A stretch of DNA of 26,618 nt from a virus (IMGVR_UViG_2695420596_000006:1-26618), one strand, 5' to 3'; shown: positions 8,819 to 18,241, counted from the first letter of the stretch. Notes: generated by a model not told the origin, from the letters alone. Translations and numbers: made by a program.

Positions 8819-9328
8819 TCACAGCAATCCGAATGAAGCACCGAGACCAGTTACGGTATCAACTGCACTTGCCATCGCAGGATTAGCCTGTAAACGGGCC
8901 TGCAATGAAACAGCAGCCAGCGCCATCAGTCGTGTAACAGAGTTAATGCTGCTGATCGCATCACGACGGCCTGTACTGGTTTTTACATCGCCAGAAACCA
9001 CACCAGCCGCGACACGCCCTATCTCTGCAGTTGCACTCATGACGTAATGCGGTAGTTTCTCTTTTGCCACCTCATTAATCGGAACACATGGCAGACAATG
9101 AATCTGTGCCAGAAAACCATCTACCAGCGTTGAATCTTCAGTCAGATCGGTAAGTAACCAGATATCTCGTGCAGTGAGCTGATGCGGTTGTTCCGGGTTC
9201 AGCTTGTTACGCAGCGTCTGGACGTTCATTCCCGCGAGTTCTGCTAGCTTCGCCATATTGTGACGTAGTGCAAAAGCTCTACAGGCTTCATCAAAATGCG
9301 GTTGTTTGGAAATCTTGTAATCAAACAT
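8819..9328 (-). CDS. cII: CII-type lysogeny-establishment regulator (186 CII-like)
   Basis: 169-aa ORF immediately downstream of the apl-like gene on the lytic strand; size and position match phage 186 CII; HTH-like segment (MAKLAELAGMNVQTLRNKL). Confidence 0.7.
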   Translation of the reverse strand: MFDYKISKQPHFDEACRAFALRHNMAKLAELAGMNVQTLRNKLNPEQPHQLTARDIWLLTDLTEDSTLVDGFLAQIHCLPCVPINEVAKEKLPHYVMSATAEIGRVAAGVVSGDVKTSTGRRDAISSINSVTRLMALAAVSLQARLQANPAMASAVDTVTGLGASFGLL

Positions 9329-9360
9329 GGTGCTCCCTTAGAAAGTTCCCATAATTGAAA

Positions 9361-9603
9361 CTACTTACCAACAATGACGCGGAAGTTGGAATGACCGAGG
9401 GATTCACGGACCTGATCAGTTTTGTACATTAGATAACGCAGGCTTACGCGGCCTTTGTTTTTTTCTTTCTTGACCATGTACTTAGCGAGTTGACCATGGT
9501 GAATTTTTTGGTAAACAGACCCGCGGGAAATCCCTTCCCATTCAGCGAATTCAGCAGGCGTAGCCATCTCTTTTGGTACACGAATTGAAATATCTGTGCT
9601 CAT
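9361..9603 (-). CDS. apl: Apl/Cox-type excisionase and transcriptional regulator
   Basis: 80-aa ORF, first gene of the leftward transcript, divergent from the repressor gene; HTH-like segment (ATPAEFAEWEGISRGSVYQKI); position matches 186 apl / P2 cox. Confidence 0.6.
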   Translation of the reverse strand: MSTDISIRVPKEMATPAEFAEWEGISRGSVYQKIHHGQLAKYMVKKEKNKGRVSLRYLMYKTDQVRESLGHSNFRVIVGK

Positions 9604-9705
9604 AGTGCAGTATCTCTTGGTTTAAGCTCGTTTTATGATGTTTAACCCCAACTTCTAAACTCTCATATTAGAAGTTAAATACAAAAATACGATCTCGTTA
9701 TTGGA
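9604..9705. promoter_or_regulatory. Lysis-lysogeny switch region (divergent/face-to-face promoters and operator)
   Basis: About 100-bp AT-rich intergenic region between divergent apl-like and cI-like genes; perfect 9-bp inverted repeat AACTTCTAA-N9-TTAGAAGTT at 9650..9676. Confidence 0.55.
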
Positions 9706-10356
9706 TTGTCAAATGGAGAGTTCATCTTGAAGATTAATACAGGTGCAAATACGGGAGGGAGAGAGACCATCAAAAGGCTGATGACAGCCTATGGTTTCAA
9801 CACTCAGATAGCGTTGGTTGAACACCTCGAAGCATCAAAAAGCACCATGGCAAACAGGATGTTACGTGATAGCTTCCCTGCTGACTGGGTTATTCAATGT
9901 GCCCTTGAAACAGGTATTTCTCTTCTTTGGCTGACAACGGGCCAAGGGGAAATGTATCCTCAAACAGAAGAAAAAAATAAGTTCAAAAACGAGAGTTCAC
10001 CTACAGTTCGCCCCCTTTCAAAAATAGTTATCCCATCAGTAAGGCAGGCAACCATTGAGAACGGAACTCTCGAAGAGATGGGGGATGTTTTCCTTGATCA
10101 GACTTTGATACCCGGAAAAGCCGAATATTGTTTGTACGTCAAAGCTAACGACGGCAATTACATTGTTGATACATCAACAAAACAGCTTAGTAACGGAATT
10201 TGGCTCATAGACATCGACGGTATGAAAAACATCGTCAAAATTGCGCGCATACCTGGAAACAAAATAGTAGTTAACCAAGATGACACGTCATTTGAATGTT
10301 CTGTAGATGATGTGGAAGTCGTAGGACGTGCAGTCAAAGTAATCAAGAACCTCTAA
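9706..10356 (+). CDS. cI: CI-type immunity repressor (186 CI-like)
   Basis: 216-aa ORF beginning at a TTG (an in-frame ATG at 9781 is an alternative start); N-terminal HTH region and position directly upstream of int on the lysogenic strand, as in 186/P2. Confidence 0.7.
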   Translation: MSNGEFILKINTGANTGGRETIKRLMTAYGFNTQIALVEHLEASKSTMANRMLRDSFPADWVIQCALETGISLLWLTTGQGEMYPQTEEKNKFKNESSPTVRPLSKIVIPSVRQATIENGTLEEMGDVFLDQTLIPGKAEYCLYVKANDGNYIVDTSTKQLSNGIWLIDIDGMKNIVKIARIPGNKIVVNQDDTSFECSVDDVEVVGRAVKVIKNL

Positions 10357-10359
10357 CTT

Positions 10360-11379
10360 ATGACCATCAGAAAACAGCCGAACGGAAAATGGTTGTGTGA
10401 GTGCTATCCCAATGGACGCAATGGTAAGCGCGTGCGTAAGCAATTTGCTACCAAAGGCGAAGCTATTGCATTTGAAAGCTTCACAATGGAAGAAGTGAAC
10501 AAAAAACCATGGCTGGGGGAAAAGGAAGATCGGCGACATTTATCAGAATTAATTGAGCTGTGGTATTCCCTGTATGGTCAAACACTCACAGACCCCAAGC
10601 GCCTCATGGCGAAACTTAGTATTATCTGTAATGGTCTAGGCGATCCCATCGCTTCAGAACTGACAGCCGGTGACTTTACGAAATACCGCGAAGCACGGTT
10701 AAAAGGTGAAGTACGAAATGAAGATGGCACGCTTATGTCGCCCGTTAAGCCCCGCACGGTAAACCTTGAACAGCGCAATCTATCATCTGTTTTTGGTACA
10801 CTGAAAAAGCTGGGCCACTGGTCAGCCCCCAACCCGCTTGCCGGGCTGCCAACATTTAAAATTGCTGAGAGTGAATTGGCGTTCCTGACCCCGGAAGAAA
10901 TTAAACGTCTGCTGGATGCCTGTGCTGATTCTCAAAGCTCTAGTCTGCTGACGGTTGCAAAAATATGTCTGGCCACCGGCGCGAGATGGAGTGAAGCCGA
11001 AAACCTGCAGGGCCATCAATTGTCAAAATACCGGATCACCTACACCAAAACTAAAGGCAAGAAAAACCGAACCGTACCGATATCTCAGGAGCTATATGAA
11101 GAACTCCCCAAAAACAGAGGGAAACTATTCACGCCCTGCAGAAAAGCTTTTGAGCGCGCAGTAAAACGAGCCGGTATAGACCTGCCTGAAGGCCAGTGCA
11201 CACACGTGTTGCGCCATACATTCGCCAGTCACTTCATGATGAATGGCGGAAACATATTGGTACTACGCGATATTCTTGGTCACTCTGATATAAAAATGAC
11301 GATGGTTTATGCTCATTTTTCGCCAGATCATTTAGAAGATGCTGTAACAAAAAATCCACTGGCTATGTTGGGATACTGA
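10360..11379 (+). CDS. int: Tyrosine integrase, P2/186 type
   Basis: 339-aa ORF; C-terminal catalytic region HVLRHTFASHFMMNGGNILVLRDILGHSDIKMTMVYAHF contains the R...H-x-x-R...Y tyrosine-recombinase signature; starts 4 nt after the cI stop. Confidence 0.9.
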   Translation: MTIRKQPNGKWLCECYPNGRNGKRVRKQFATKGEAIAFESFTMEEVNKKPWLGEKEDRRHLSELIELWYSLYGQTLTDPKRLMAKLSIICNGLGDPIASELTAGDFTKYREARLKGEVRNEDGTLMSPVKPRTVNLEQRNLSSVFGTLKKLGHWSAPNPLAGLPTFKIAESELAFLTPEEIKRLLDACADSQSSSLLTVAKICLATGARWSEAENLQGHQLSKYRITYTKTKGKKNRTVPISQELYEELPKNRGKLFTPCRKAFERAVKRAGIDLPEGQCTHVLRHTFASHFMMNGGNILVLRDILGHSDIKMTMVYAHFSPDHLEDAVTKNPLAMLGY

Positions 11380-11381
11380 TA

Positions 11382-12413
11382 ATGGAAAAAAGCATTAGCA
11401 CATTTATGTACCTATCCGTTTTATTAGGTTGTATATTCTTATTTATAAAATATCGACTTTATGTTCTCGATCATAGAAGCTTGTTCCAACAACCCTTGTT
11501 CTGGGCTGCAATAGGCCTACCTTTATTCACCAGCCTTTACTTTGGTTCTTTTGTCTGGATAGATAAAATACACTCTTTTAGTCTTACAAGTCACGGTTAT
11601 GAGAGATTTTTAGATATCTCGAAATTACCATTACTCATCCTTGCATCTGCAGTACCTTTAGTTTCAATAGTAAACAACCTACACAGAACCAAACAAACAG
11701 AAAAACAGATCTCAGAGGCAGAAAGGAAAAACAGGGTAGATTTATATTACAACCACATGAAATTTCATCTTGATTTATATAAAAAAATCGAAGGAAAAAG
11801 AATAGGCAGCTACTACCCGGTTCAGGAAGCTCAAGCTGAAGCAATCTACCAACATTTTATAAAACATCCACAAGAACTATATAGAAAAGCATACCCACAA
11901 TCTACGCCTGATGATTCTCAACAATTAGATATTAATGAGCAATTTGTTATTGATTTACACAAATGTTGGGTAGAAATCAACGCAAGACTCAAGCAATTAT
12001 CCGAGAGTGAAAATCAAATACATCCTACAGAGGAACTTTGCACAACAAAGATGAGAATATTTGTAGGCGTTATGATTATTTATGAAAAAACTTGTAAACT
12101 GTTGTGTTTAGGTGGATTTCATTATAAAAAGTCATTTGTAATAAATGATAGTTATAATAAATACCAAGTTTATTCACCATTTTATGATTTTGGCACTCTG
12201 TACGAATCACTGCAATCCTTAGAAGAGATAACCTACGCCTTCTTGGATACTTGCAGAAATGAAGTGGTAAACTTGTACTTCCCTATAGAAGATAAAATTT
12301 TGATATATGGTGAAGGGATTCTAGAGAATTGGTTCAAGTATTCTCAGTTCTTGATCACTATAGCTTATCAACCCGCCAAGATGTCTCGCTTACCCCAGCT
12401 GAGACGCGATTGA
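11382..12413 (+). CDS. Hypothetical membrane-anchored protein (343 aa), moron gene between int and att
   Basis: ATG 2 nt after the int stop (TGA-TA-ATG); three hydrophobic segments in the first ~100 residues then a ~240-residue soluble domain with no motif assigned; visibly more AT-rich than neighbouring phage genes. Confidence 0.65.
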   Translation: MEKSISTFMYLSVLLGCIFLFIKYRLYVLDHRSLFQQPLFWAAIGLPLFTSLYFGSFVWIDKIHSFSLTSHGYERFLDISKLPLLILASAVPLVSIVNNLHRTKQTEKQISEAERKNRVDLYYNHMKFHLDLYKKIEGKRIGSYYPVQEAQAEAIYQHFIKHPQELYRKAYPQSTPDDSQQLDINEQFVIDLHKCWVEINARLKQLSESENQIHPTEELCTTKMRIFVGVMIIYEKTCKLLCLGGFHYKKSFVINDSYNKYQVYSPFYDFGTLYESLQSLEEITYAFLDTCRNEVVNLYFPIEDKILIYGEGILENWFKYSQFLITIAYQPAKMSRLPQLRRD

Positions 12414-12529
12414 TGATGGCGACATTTTGGCGGCAGAGCTTTAAAAACAGATAAAACTGTCAAACACCACATAACACTAACGTATTGTTTTTAAACATAA
12501 ATCATTATTTTTTCTGTAGTAAAAATGGT

Positions 12530-12574
12530 ATGTAGGAATTTCGGACGCGGGTTCAACTCCCGCCAGCTCCACCA
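12530..12574 (+). repeat. 45-bp ssrA 3'-end core (att site copy 2)
   Basis: Exact repeat of 1016..1060; the preceding bases diverge from ssrA. Confidence 0.9.
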
Positions 12575-12608
12575 ATTTTTGATATATTGAAGTTCAGTGA
12601 AGTCTATC

Positions 12609-12643
12609 AAGCCCGCATGGAACCAGCCTTGCGGGCTTTTTTA
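12609..12643 (+). terminator. Rho-independent terminator downstream of the second ssrA-end copy
   Basis: AAGCCCGCA-loop-TGCGGGCTT hairpin followed by TTTTTTACG. Confidence 0.7.
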
Positions 12644-12740
12644 CGTCTATAGTAGTCTACCGAGAATTGCTAGAATCTACTCGTTATGGCACCCTTTTTG
12701 GGACCCAACACAAAGGGTCCAAAACATGAGGGTCCCAAAC

Positions 12741-13970
12741 ATGGCAAAAATCGCTAAGAAGCTCACTGACACTGAAATCAAAAGCACCAAACCTGCCGAG
12801 AAAGAGGTTAACCTTTTTGACGGCGATGGTTTGCTCCTGCGAATCGCCCCCTTAGCGAAGGGAGGAAAGAAAAATTGGTATTTCAGATATGCAGTGCCTG
12901 TGACCAAAAAGCGAACTAAGGTGAGCTTAGGAACCTATCCTCACCTTACACTTGCGAAGGCACGAGCTTTACGTGATGAGTACTTGTCGTTGCTTGCAAA
13001 TGGTATAGACCCACAAGTTCATAACACCCACAAAGCCAATGCCCTTAAGGATGCAACGGAACATACATTTCAAGCAGTAGCCAAGAAGTGGCTTGATGAG
13101 AAAGTCAAAACGTCAGGCATCTCCCAGGATCATGCTAACGACATCTGGCGAAGCCTAGAGAGAAATATCTTTCCAACGTTGGGTGATACCCCCATTAAGG
13201 AGATTCGCCCTAAAATGCTTAAACAGCATTTAGACCCCATAGAAAAACGAGGTGTCCTTGAAACACTTCGCCGCGTCATATCCCGCCTGAATGAAATTTT
13301 CCGCTATGCAGCAACAGAAGAACTCATAGAATTCAATCCGGCTGACAACCTGGGGCAACGGTTCAGCAAGCCAAAAAAACAGAATATGCCAGCATTACCC
13401 CCTTCCGAACTCCCCCGCTTCCTGGTTGCTCTAAACAATGCTTCTATCCGTTTAGAAACAAGGCTACTGATTGAGTGGCAACTTCTCACATGGGTTCGCC
13501 CTGGTGAAGCTGTTCGCACAAGATGGTCAGATATTGATATAGAAACCAGCATGTGGAACATCCCGGCGGAGTTTATGAAAATGAAGAAGCCTCACAAAGT
13601 TCCACTGAGCAAAGAATCTTTGCGAGTCTTGGATTCAATGAAAGCCATCAGCGGGCATAGAGAGTGGGTTTTTCCCAGTATCAAAGCTCCACTCAATCAC
13701 ATGCATGAACAAACAGCTAATGCGGCTATAATCCGTATGGGCTTCGGAGGTGAGCTTGTAGCTCATGGTATGCGATCAATCGCTAGAACGGCGGCTGAGG
13801 AGTGTGGCAAGTTTAGAACTGATGTCTTAGAAGCCGCCCTTGCCCACTCGAAAAAAGATGAAATAATTGCAGCCTACAATCGTGCAGAGTATCTCACAGA
13901 ACGTGTGGTTCTCATGCAATGGTGGAGTGACTATGTTTCGTCTCAAAAATACAAAGTTATTGCCGCATAA
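12741..13970 (+). CDS. int: Tyrosine integrase, P4/CP4-57 type
   Basis: Start at MAKIAKKLTDTEIKSTKP (ORF track begins further upstream at 12597, inside the terminator); N-terminal arm-binding pattern and C-terminal H-x-x-R ... Y region (HGMRSIARTAAEE ... IIAAYNRAEYLTER). Confidence 0.88.
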   Translation: MAKIAKKLTDTEIKSTKPAEKEVNLFDGDGLLLRIAPLAKGGKKNWYFRYAVPVTKKRTKVSLGTYPHLTLAKARALRDEYLSLLANGIDPQVHNTHKANALKDATEHTFQAVAKKWLDEKVKTSGISQDHANDIWRSLERNIFPTLGDTPIKEIRPKMLKQHLDPIEKRGVLETLRRVISRLNEIFRYAATEELIEFNPADNLGQRFSKPKKQNMPALPPSELPRFLVALNNASIRLETRLLIEWQLLTWVRPGEAVRTRWSDIDIETSMWNIPAEFMKMKKPHKVPLSKESLRVLDSMKAISGHREWVFPSIKAPLNHMHEQTANAAIIRMGFGGELVAHGMRSIARTAAEECGKFRTDVLEAALAHSKKDEIIAAYNRAEYLTERVVLMQWWSDYVSSQKYKVIAA

Positions 13971-14252
13971 CTCTTCCATGATGGGTTAACTATCTTGATT
14001 TATTTGAAGAATTAATGATCACACCATTAACCTATGTGGACTAAGCATAGCCATTTACAAATGGGTACCTTGAGGCCAAATAACGAAAGCTGTCGGTCAT
14101 ATCAGCTAAATAATTCACATCTCTTCTCGATTATCATACACCTCGAAGAACTACCAAATTCGCTCTAATCAATGATAAAACAGTTGAATTCGGTTAAAAT
14201 TTGATCAATTTTATCCTCTACATTGTATTGAATCATCCATGAGGTTTTGTGC

Positions 14253-15809
14253 ATGGCTAGCGGAAATGAAAAAAATCATAGAGTTAGGGTCGCACAGTAC
14301 TTGAGGATGTCTACCGACCATCAGCAATATTCTTTACATAATCAGTCTGAATATATCAAAGATTATGCTGAAAAGAACAATATGGAAATCGCTTATACCT
14401 ACGATGATGCAGGTAAGAGCGGAGTCAGTATCGTAGGCAGGCATTCTTTGCAGCAGTTACTTAGCGATGTAGAACAAAAGAAAATAGATATACAGGCTGT
14501 ATTATTTTATGATGTGAGCCGTTTTGGTCGTTTTCAAAATAGTGATGAAGCTGCATATTATTCCTTTCTATTTGAAAGAAATGGTGTAGATCTTATATAT
14601 TGTTCCGAACCTATACCCACTAAAGATTTCCCTTTAGAGTCCTCTGTTATACTGAATATAAAAAGATCAAGTGCTGCATATCACAGCAGGAATCTATCTG
14701 AAAAGGTATTTATAGGGCAAGTAAATTTAATAAAGCTTGGTTATCATCAAGGCGGTATGGCTGGTTATGGGCTGAGACGTCTTTTAGTAGACGAAAATGG
14801 CATAGCTAAAGAAATATTGAATTTCCGCAAAAGAAAGAGTATTCAAACAGATAGGGTAATATTAATTCCGGGACCAAAAAATGAAATAAAAATTGTAAAT
14901 AGAATCTATGATCTCTTTATAGATAGTAACGTCCCAGAATTCATTATTGCTGAGAGATTAAATGAACAGAGCATACCTGCAGAAAATGGAACATCATGGA
15001 CTCGTGCAAAAATACATCAAATTTTGACAAATGAAAAATATATTGGAAACAACATATATAACAAAACCTCATCTAAACTAAAAAGTAAGCTTGTAAAAAA
15101 CCCCAAACATGAATGGATTAGATGTGACAAGGCATATAAACCAATTATTTCAAAGAAAAAATATAATAAAGCTCAAGAAATAATTCAGCTCCGATCCATT
15201 CATTTGACTAATGAAGATCTATTAGAAAAGCTAAAAGAAAAATTAGAATCTAATGGAAAACTATCAGGCTTTATCATTGATGAAGATGATACAGGCCCTT
15301 CATCTTCTGTTTATAGAACCCGATTTGGTGGTCTTTTAAGAGCATATACTTTGATTGGTTATAAGCCAGAACATGATTACAGCTATCTCCAAATAAATGA
15401 AGCACTAAGATCATTTTACTCAGAGATAATTGAGGATTTTAAGGGCGAAATATTAAAAAGTAACTGTCATATAGACGAGTATAAATATTACCCAATGCTT
15501 TACATCAATGATGAGTTTTTAATTTCCGTCCTTGTTACTAAATGCATACATATGAAATCAGGTAAACTTAGATGGAAAGTCCGGTTTGATAACTCACAGA
15601 AAGCAGACATAACAATTGTTATACGAATGAATTCACAAAATATTTCACCTCTTGATTTTTATATCATACCAAAGATTGAAAACGAATATAGTAAAATGTG
15701 TATGATGGAAACAAACAACATTCGGTTAGATCTCTATAGATTTGATAATCTTGATAAATTTCTACAAATTATTACTCGCATGAAAGTGAGGGAACTATAT
15801 GCTGCCTGA
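14253..15809 (+). CDS. Large serine recombinase (resolvase/invertase catalytic domain plus recombinase domain)
   Basis: Start at ATG with GAGG 8 nt upstream; N-terminal VAQYLRMSTDHQQ...GKSG...VLFYDVSRFGRF is the serine-recombinase catalytic pattern; 518 aa; strongly AT-rich. Confidence 0.8.
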   Translation: MASGNEKNHRVRVAQYLRMSTDHQQYSLHNQSEYIKDYAEKNNMEIAYTYDDAGKSGVSIVGRHSLQQLLSDVEQKKIDIQAVLFYDVSRFGRFQNSDEAAYYSFLFERNGVDLIYCSEPIPTKDFPLESSVILNIKRSSAAYHSRNLSEKVFIGQVNLIKLGYHQGGMAGYGLRRLLVDENGIAKEILNFRKRKSIQTDRVILIPGPKNEIKIVNRIYDLFIDSNVPEFIIAERLNEQSIPAENGTSWTRAKIHQILTNEKYIGNNIYNKTSSKLKSKLVKNPKHEWIRCDKAYKPIISKKKYNKAQEIIQLRSIHLTNEDLLEKLKEKLESNGKLSGFIIDEDDTGPSSSVYRTRFGGLLRAYTLIGYKPEHDYSYLQINEALRSFYSEIIEDFKGEILKSNCHIDEYKYYPMLYINDEFLISVLVTKCIHMKSGKLRWKVRFDNSQKADITIVIRMNSQNISPLDFYIIPKIENEYSKMCMMETNNIRLDLYRFDNLDKFLQIITRMKVRELYAA

Positions 15810-16695
15810 AAAAAATGAATTCCCAATAATTCAAATTGAGATTGCAAAAATAAAATTTCTTAACCCACGAACAAGAAATAAGGTAGTGCATGAAGAAATA
15901 AAGGAAAGCATAAAAAAAAGAGGATTAAGCAAGCCTATAAGCGTAAGAGCTATTGATGAAGACGATTTCAAATATGCTTTAATTTGTGGTCAAGGGAGAA
16001 TAGAGGCTCTTGTTGCATTAGGTGAAACTATTATTCCAGCAATTATAAGAGATGTATCAGAAGAAGATGCTTACGTTATGAGTTTAGTTGAAAACATTGC
16101 AAGGAGAAGACCACGTTCTAATGAGTTATTACAGGTGATTAAAGACATGAAAATCAGAGGACTTTCAGACTCCGAAATAAGTGAGATTACTGGATATTCA
16201 TCGAACTGGGTGAGCAGTATTAATATGCTTCTTGATAAGGGAGAGCATAAACTTCTCTCAGCAGTCGAACGGGGTAATTTGCCTCTGTATCTCGCAGTGC
16301 AATTTGCAAGATGTGAAACTGAGGAAGCACAAGATATTCTTACCGAAGCATATGATAAAAAATTAATAAAAAGTCGGGACATTATAAAGATAAAATACAT
16401 TCTAAATCAAAGAACAGTTGGAAATAAAGGTGCAAAAGCAGCCGGATTTTATTATCACAAACCATCAAAAAGGATGACTGCAGAGGAGTTGATTGAGCTT
16501 TATGAAAATAGTATCGCTGAACATAAATCTGTTTATAACAACTCGAAATTTATAAAAACCAATCTACTAATAATAAATGAGATTTTTAACATCATAATGA
16601 TGAATAAAAGCTTTCAAAATATACTTGAACAAGAGAATCTTTCAGAACTACCATCTCAGATATTAAACCCAGTAAACAAAGAGGTATCAAAATGA
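15799..16695 (+). CDS. ParB/Srx-like N-terminal domain protein (298 aa)
   Basis: Overlaps the recombinase stop by 11 nt; N-terminal IQIEIAKIKFLNPRTRN...SIKKRGLSKPISVRAID...YALICGQGRIEALVALGETIIPAIIRDVSEEDAYVMSLVENIARR matches the ParB N-terminal domain pattern including the G-x-x-R box. Confidence 0.75.
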   Translation: MLPEKNEFPIIQIEIAKIKFLNPRTRNKVVHEEIKESIKKRGLSKPISVRAIDEDDFKYALICGQGRIEALVALGETIIPAIIRDVSEEDAYVMSLVENIARRRPRSNELLQVIKDMKIRGLSDSEISEITGYSSNWVSSINMLLDKGEHKLLSAVERGNLPLYLAVQFARCETEEAQDILTEAYDKKLIKSRDIIKIKYILNQRTVGNKGAKAAGFYYHKPSKRMTAEELIELYENSIAEHKSVYNNSKFIKTNLLIINEIFNIIMMNKSFQNILEQENLSELPSQILNPVNKEVSK

Positions 16696-17588
16696 TTCAG
16701 ATACGTTTTGGCAAAAATTTTATTTACCTGGAAACTAATAAGTTAATTCCATCTAAGGAATTATTAGAAAACGTAAAGCGAAGCCATAAATATCATCAAA
16801 TAGTTACCTCTATCGAAAGCTTGGGTATTATTGAACCAATAATAGTATTCTATGACAAAGATAAAGATGTCACTAAGATACTTGATGGCCATTTAAGGGT
16901 TGAGGCTTTAAAAGACTTAGATATAGAAAAAGCTCCATGTATACTTTCGAGCATAGATGATGCTTTCACTCCTAACAAACAAGTGAATCATATAAATGTA
17001 GTTGAAGAACATAGAATGATAATTAAGTCTCTGGCAAAAGTATCAATTGAAAAACTTAGTGCTGCTTTGGGCATATCTGTTGATGCCATAAAAGATAAAG
17101 CTAATGTGATGAACGGCATAGATCCAAGTGTAATTGCGAAACTTTCTGATAAACCTATACCTAAGGCTACATTTGACGTTTTGAGGAAAATGAAGCCAAT
17201 TCGTCAAATTGAAGCAGTCGGTACAATGATTAATTTTGATAATTATAGTAAAAAATTTGCAATGAGCATCTTGGATGCAACACCGTCATCGATGATAGTA
17301 AATAAAGGGAAAAACACTCCCTATAAAAAGGACATAAAAAAAACCATACTTCGTCTGGAACAAGAAATGGCAACAACTTCGGAAGAAACGAAAAAACTTC
17401 AAACCGAGTATGGTTCAGATATGTTGAAATTCGTTATAATCCAGTCATATATTAATAAATTACTTGGCAACTCTAAAGTTCTTCATTGGTTCTTAGAAAA
17501 CGAGGTTGATTATCTTAATGAGTTAAAAAGAATTTCTAGAATAAATTCTTTGGATGATAAGACTCTTACTGAAAACAGCCAGTCATAG
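16692..17588 (+). CDS. Second ParB/Srx-like domain protein (298 aa)
   Basis: Start overlaps the previous stop (ATGA); N-terminal ...HKYHQIVTSIESLGIIEPIIVFYDKDKDVTKILDGHLRVEALKDL... resembles a ParB-like domain. Confidence 0.65.
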   Translation: MIQIRFGKNFIYLETNKLIPSKELLENVKRSHKYHQIVTSIESLGIIEPIIVFYDKDKDVTKILDGHLRVEALKDLDIEKAPCILSSIDDAFTPNKQVNHINVVEEHRMIIKSLAKVSIEKLSAALGISVDAIKDKANVMNGIDPSVIAKLSDKPIPKATFDVLRKMKPIRQIEAVGTMINFDNYSKKFAMSILDATPSSMIVNKGKNTPYKKDIKKTILRLEQEMATTSEETKKLQTEYGSDMLKFVIIQSYINKLLGNSKVLHWFLENEVDYLNELKRISRINSLDDKTLTENSQS

Positions 17589-18241
17589 TCATGGTTTTAT
17601 ATAGCCTAAATAAACCAAGAAGTATACTTACACAACGACCTTCACGCCGAAGAAGCTGTCAGATACGCCAGCAACCAAAGCATTGCGTTTAAGAGTCAGT
17701 CATTGATACGAAGGGATAACTGCGTATCAGCAGCCGGACATTGAGTCGAATAAAGGCTGGTAGAGAGGGACAGTTCTGTGTCACCGGGAGATTAGTCAGA
17801 AACATCAGCGGCAGAACAGATGAACCAGCAATTGGTAGTGTACAGAAAACTCTCCAGTATATAATTATTCAACTTAACACTAAAAAAAATCACATAGTTA
17901 ATATCATAATTTTTCTTTGGTCTACTTATGCGAGAGATATTGTGGCTTCAACCTGGTATTAGGAGTCGTTTCAGATAAAAGATGTTCTTCGATTCGACTG
18001 GACTTGGTAATAGCAATAAGTAATCGTGAATATTGAAGGACGAAAGGCTACTTCAAAACAAAGTAACCTTTCCAATATTCCCATATATGGGACAAGTGGC
18101 ACATTAACTGCACATAGTGCAGGATACATATGACATAAAACTTTTTATTTATGGCATACATTAAGAATAACTTTTATTTTACGAATGTCAATAGGCTCTT
18201 GCTTAATACTTTTAAAATAATTAATTGATTTTTTATTATAG

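Larger units (their letters stand above)
1061..12529. mobile_element. Degraded P2/186-family (Fels-2-like) prophage integrated in the 3' end of ssrA
   Basis: Bracketed by 45-bp direct repeats of the ssrA 3' end; contains Ogr, tail-D and portal-Q fragments, DinI, Dam, TraR-like zinc finger, CII, Apl, CI-type repressor and a P2-type tyrosine integrase in the gene order and orientation expected for an inverted P2/186 prophage; structural module missing. Confidence 0.8.

Noticed and set aside
8515-8841. 108-aa ORF overlapping both the cII-like gene and the 8420..8644 ORF
   Set aside because: Overlaps two neighbours in other frames and no motif is recognisable; possibly a frameshifted small gene. 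Left unresolved rather than called.
12597-12740. Upstream extension of the P4-type integrase ORF to 12597
   Set aside because: The extension runs through the terminator hairpin directly after the att core and encodes non-integrase-like sequence; the conserved N-terminus begins at the ATG at 12741.
12677-13561. Minus-strand ORFs 12677..12907 and 13304..13561
   Set aside because: Antisense to the integrase coding sequence; shadows.
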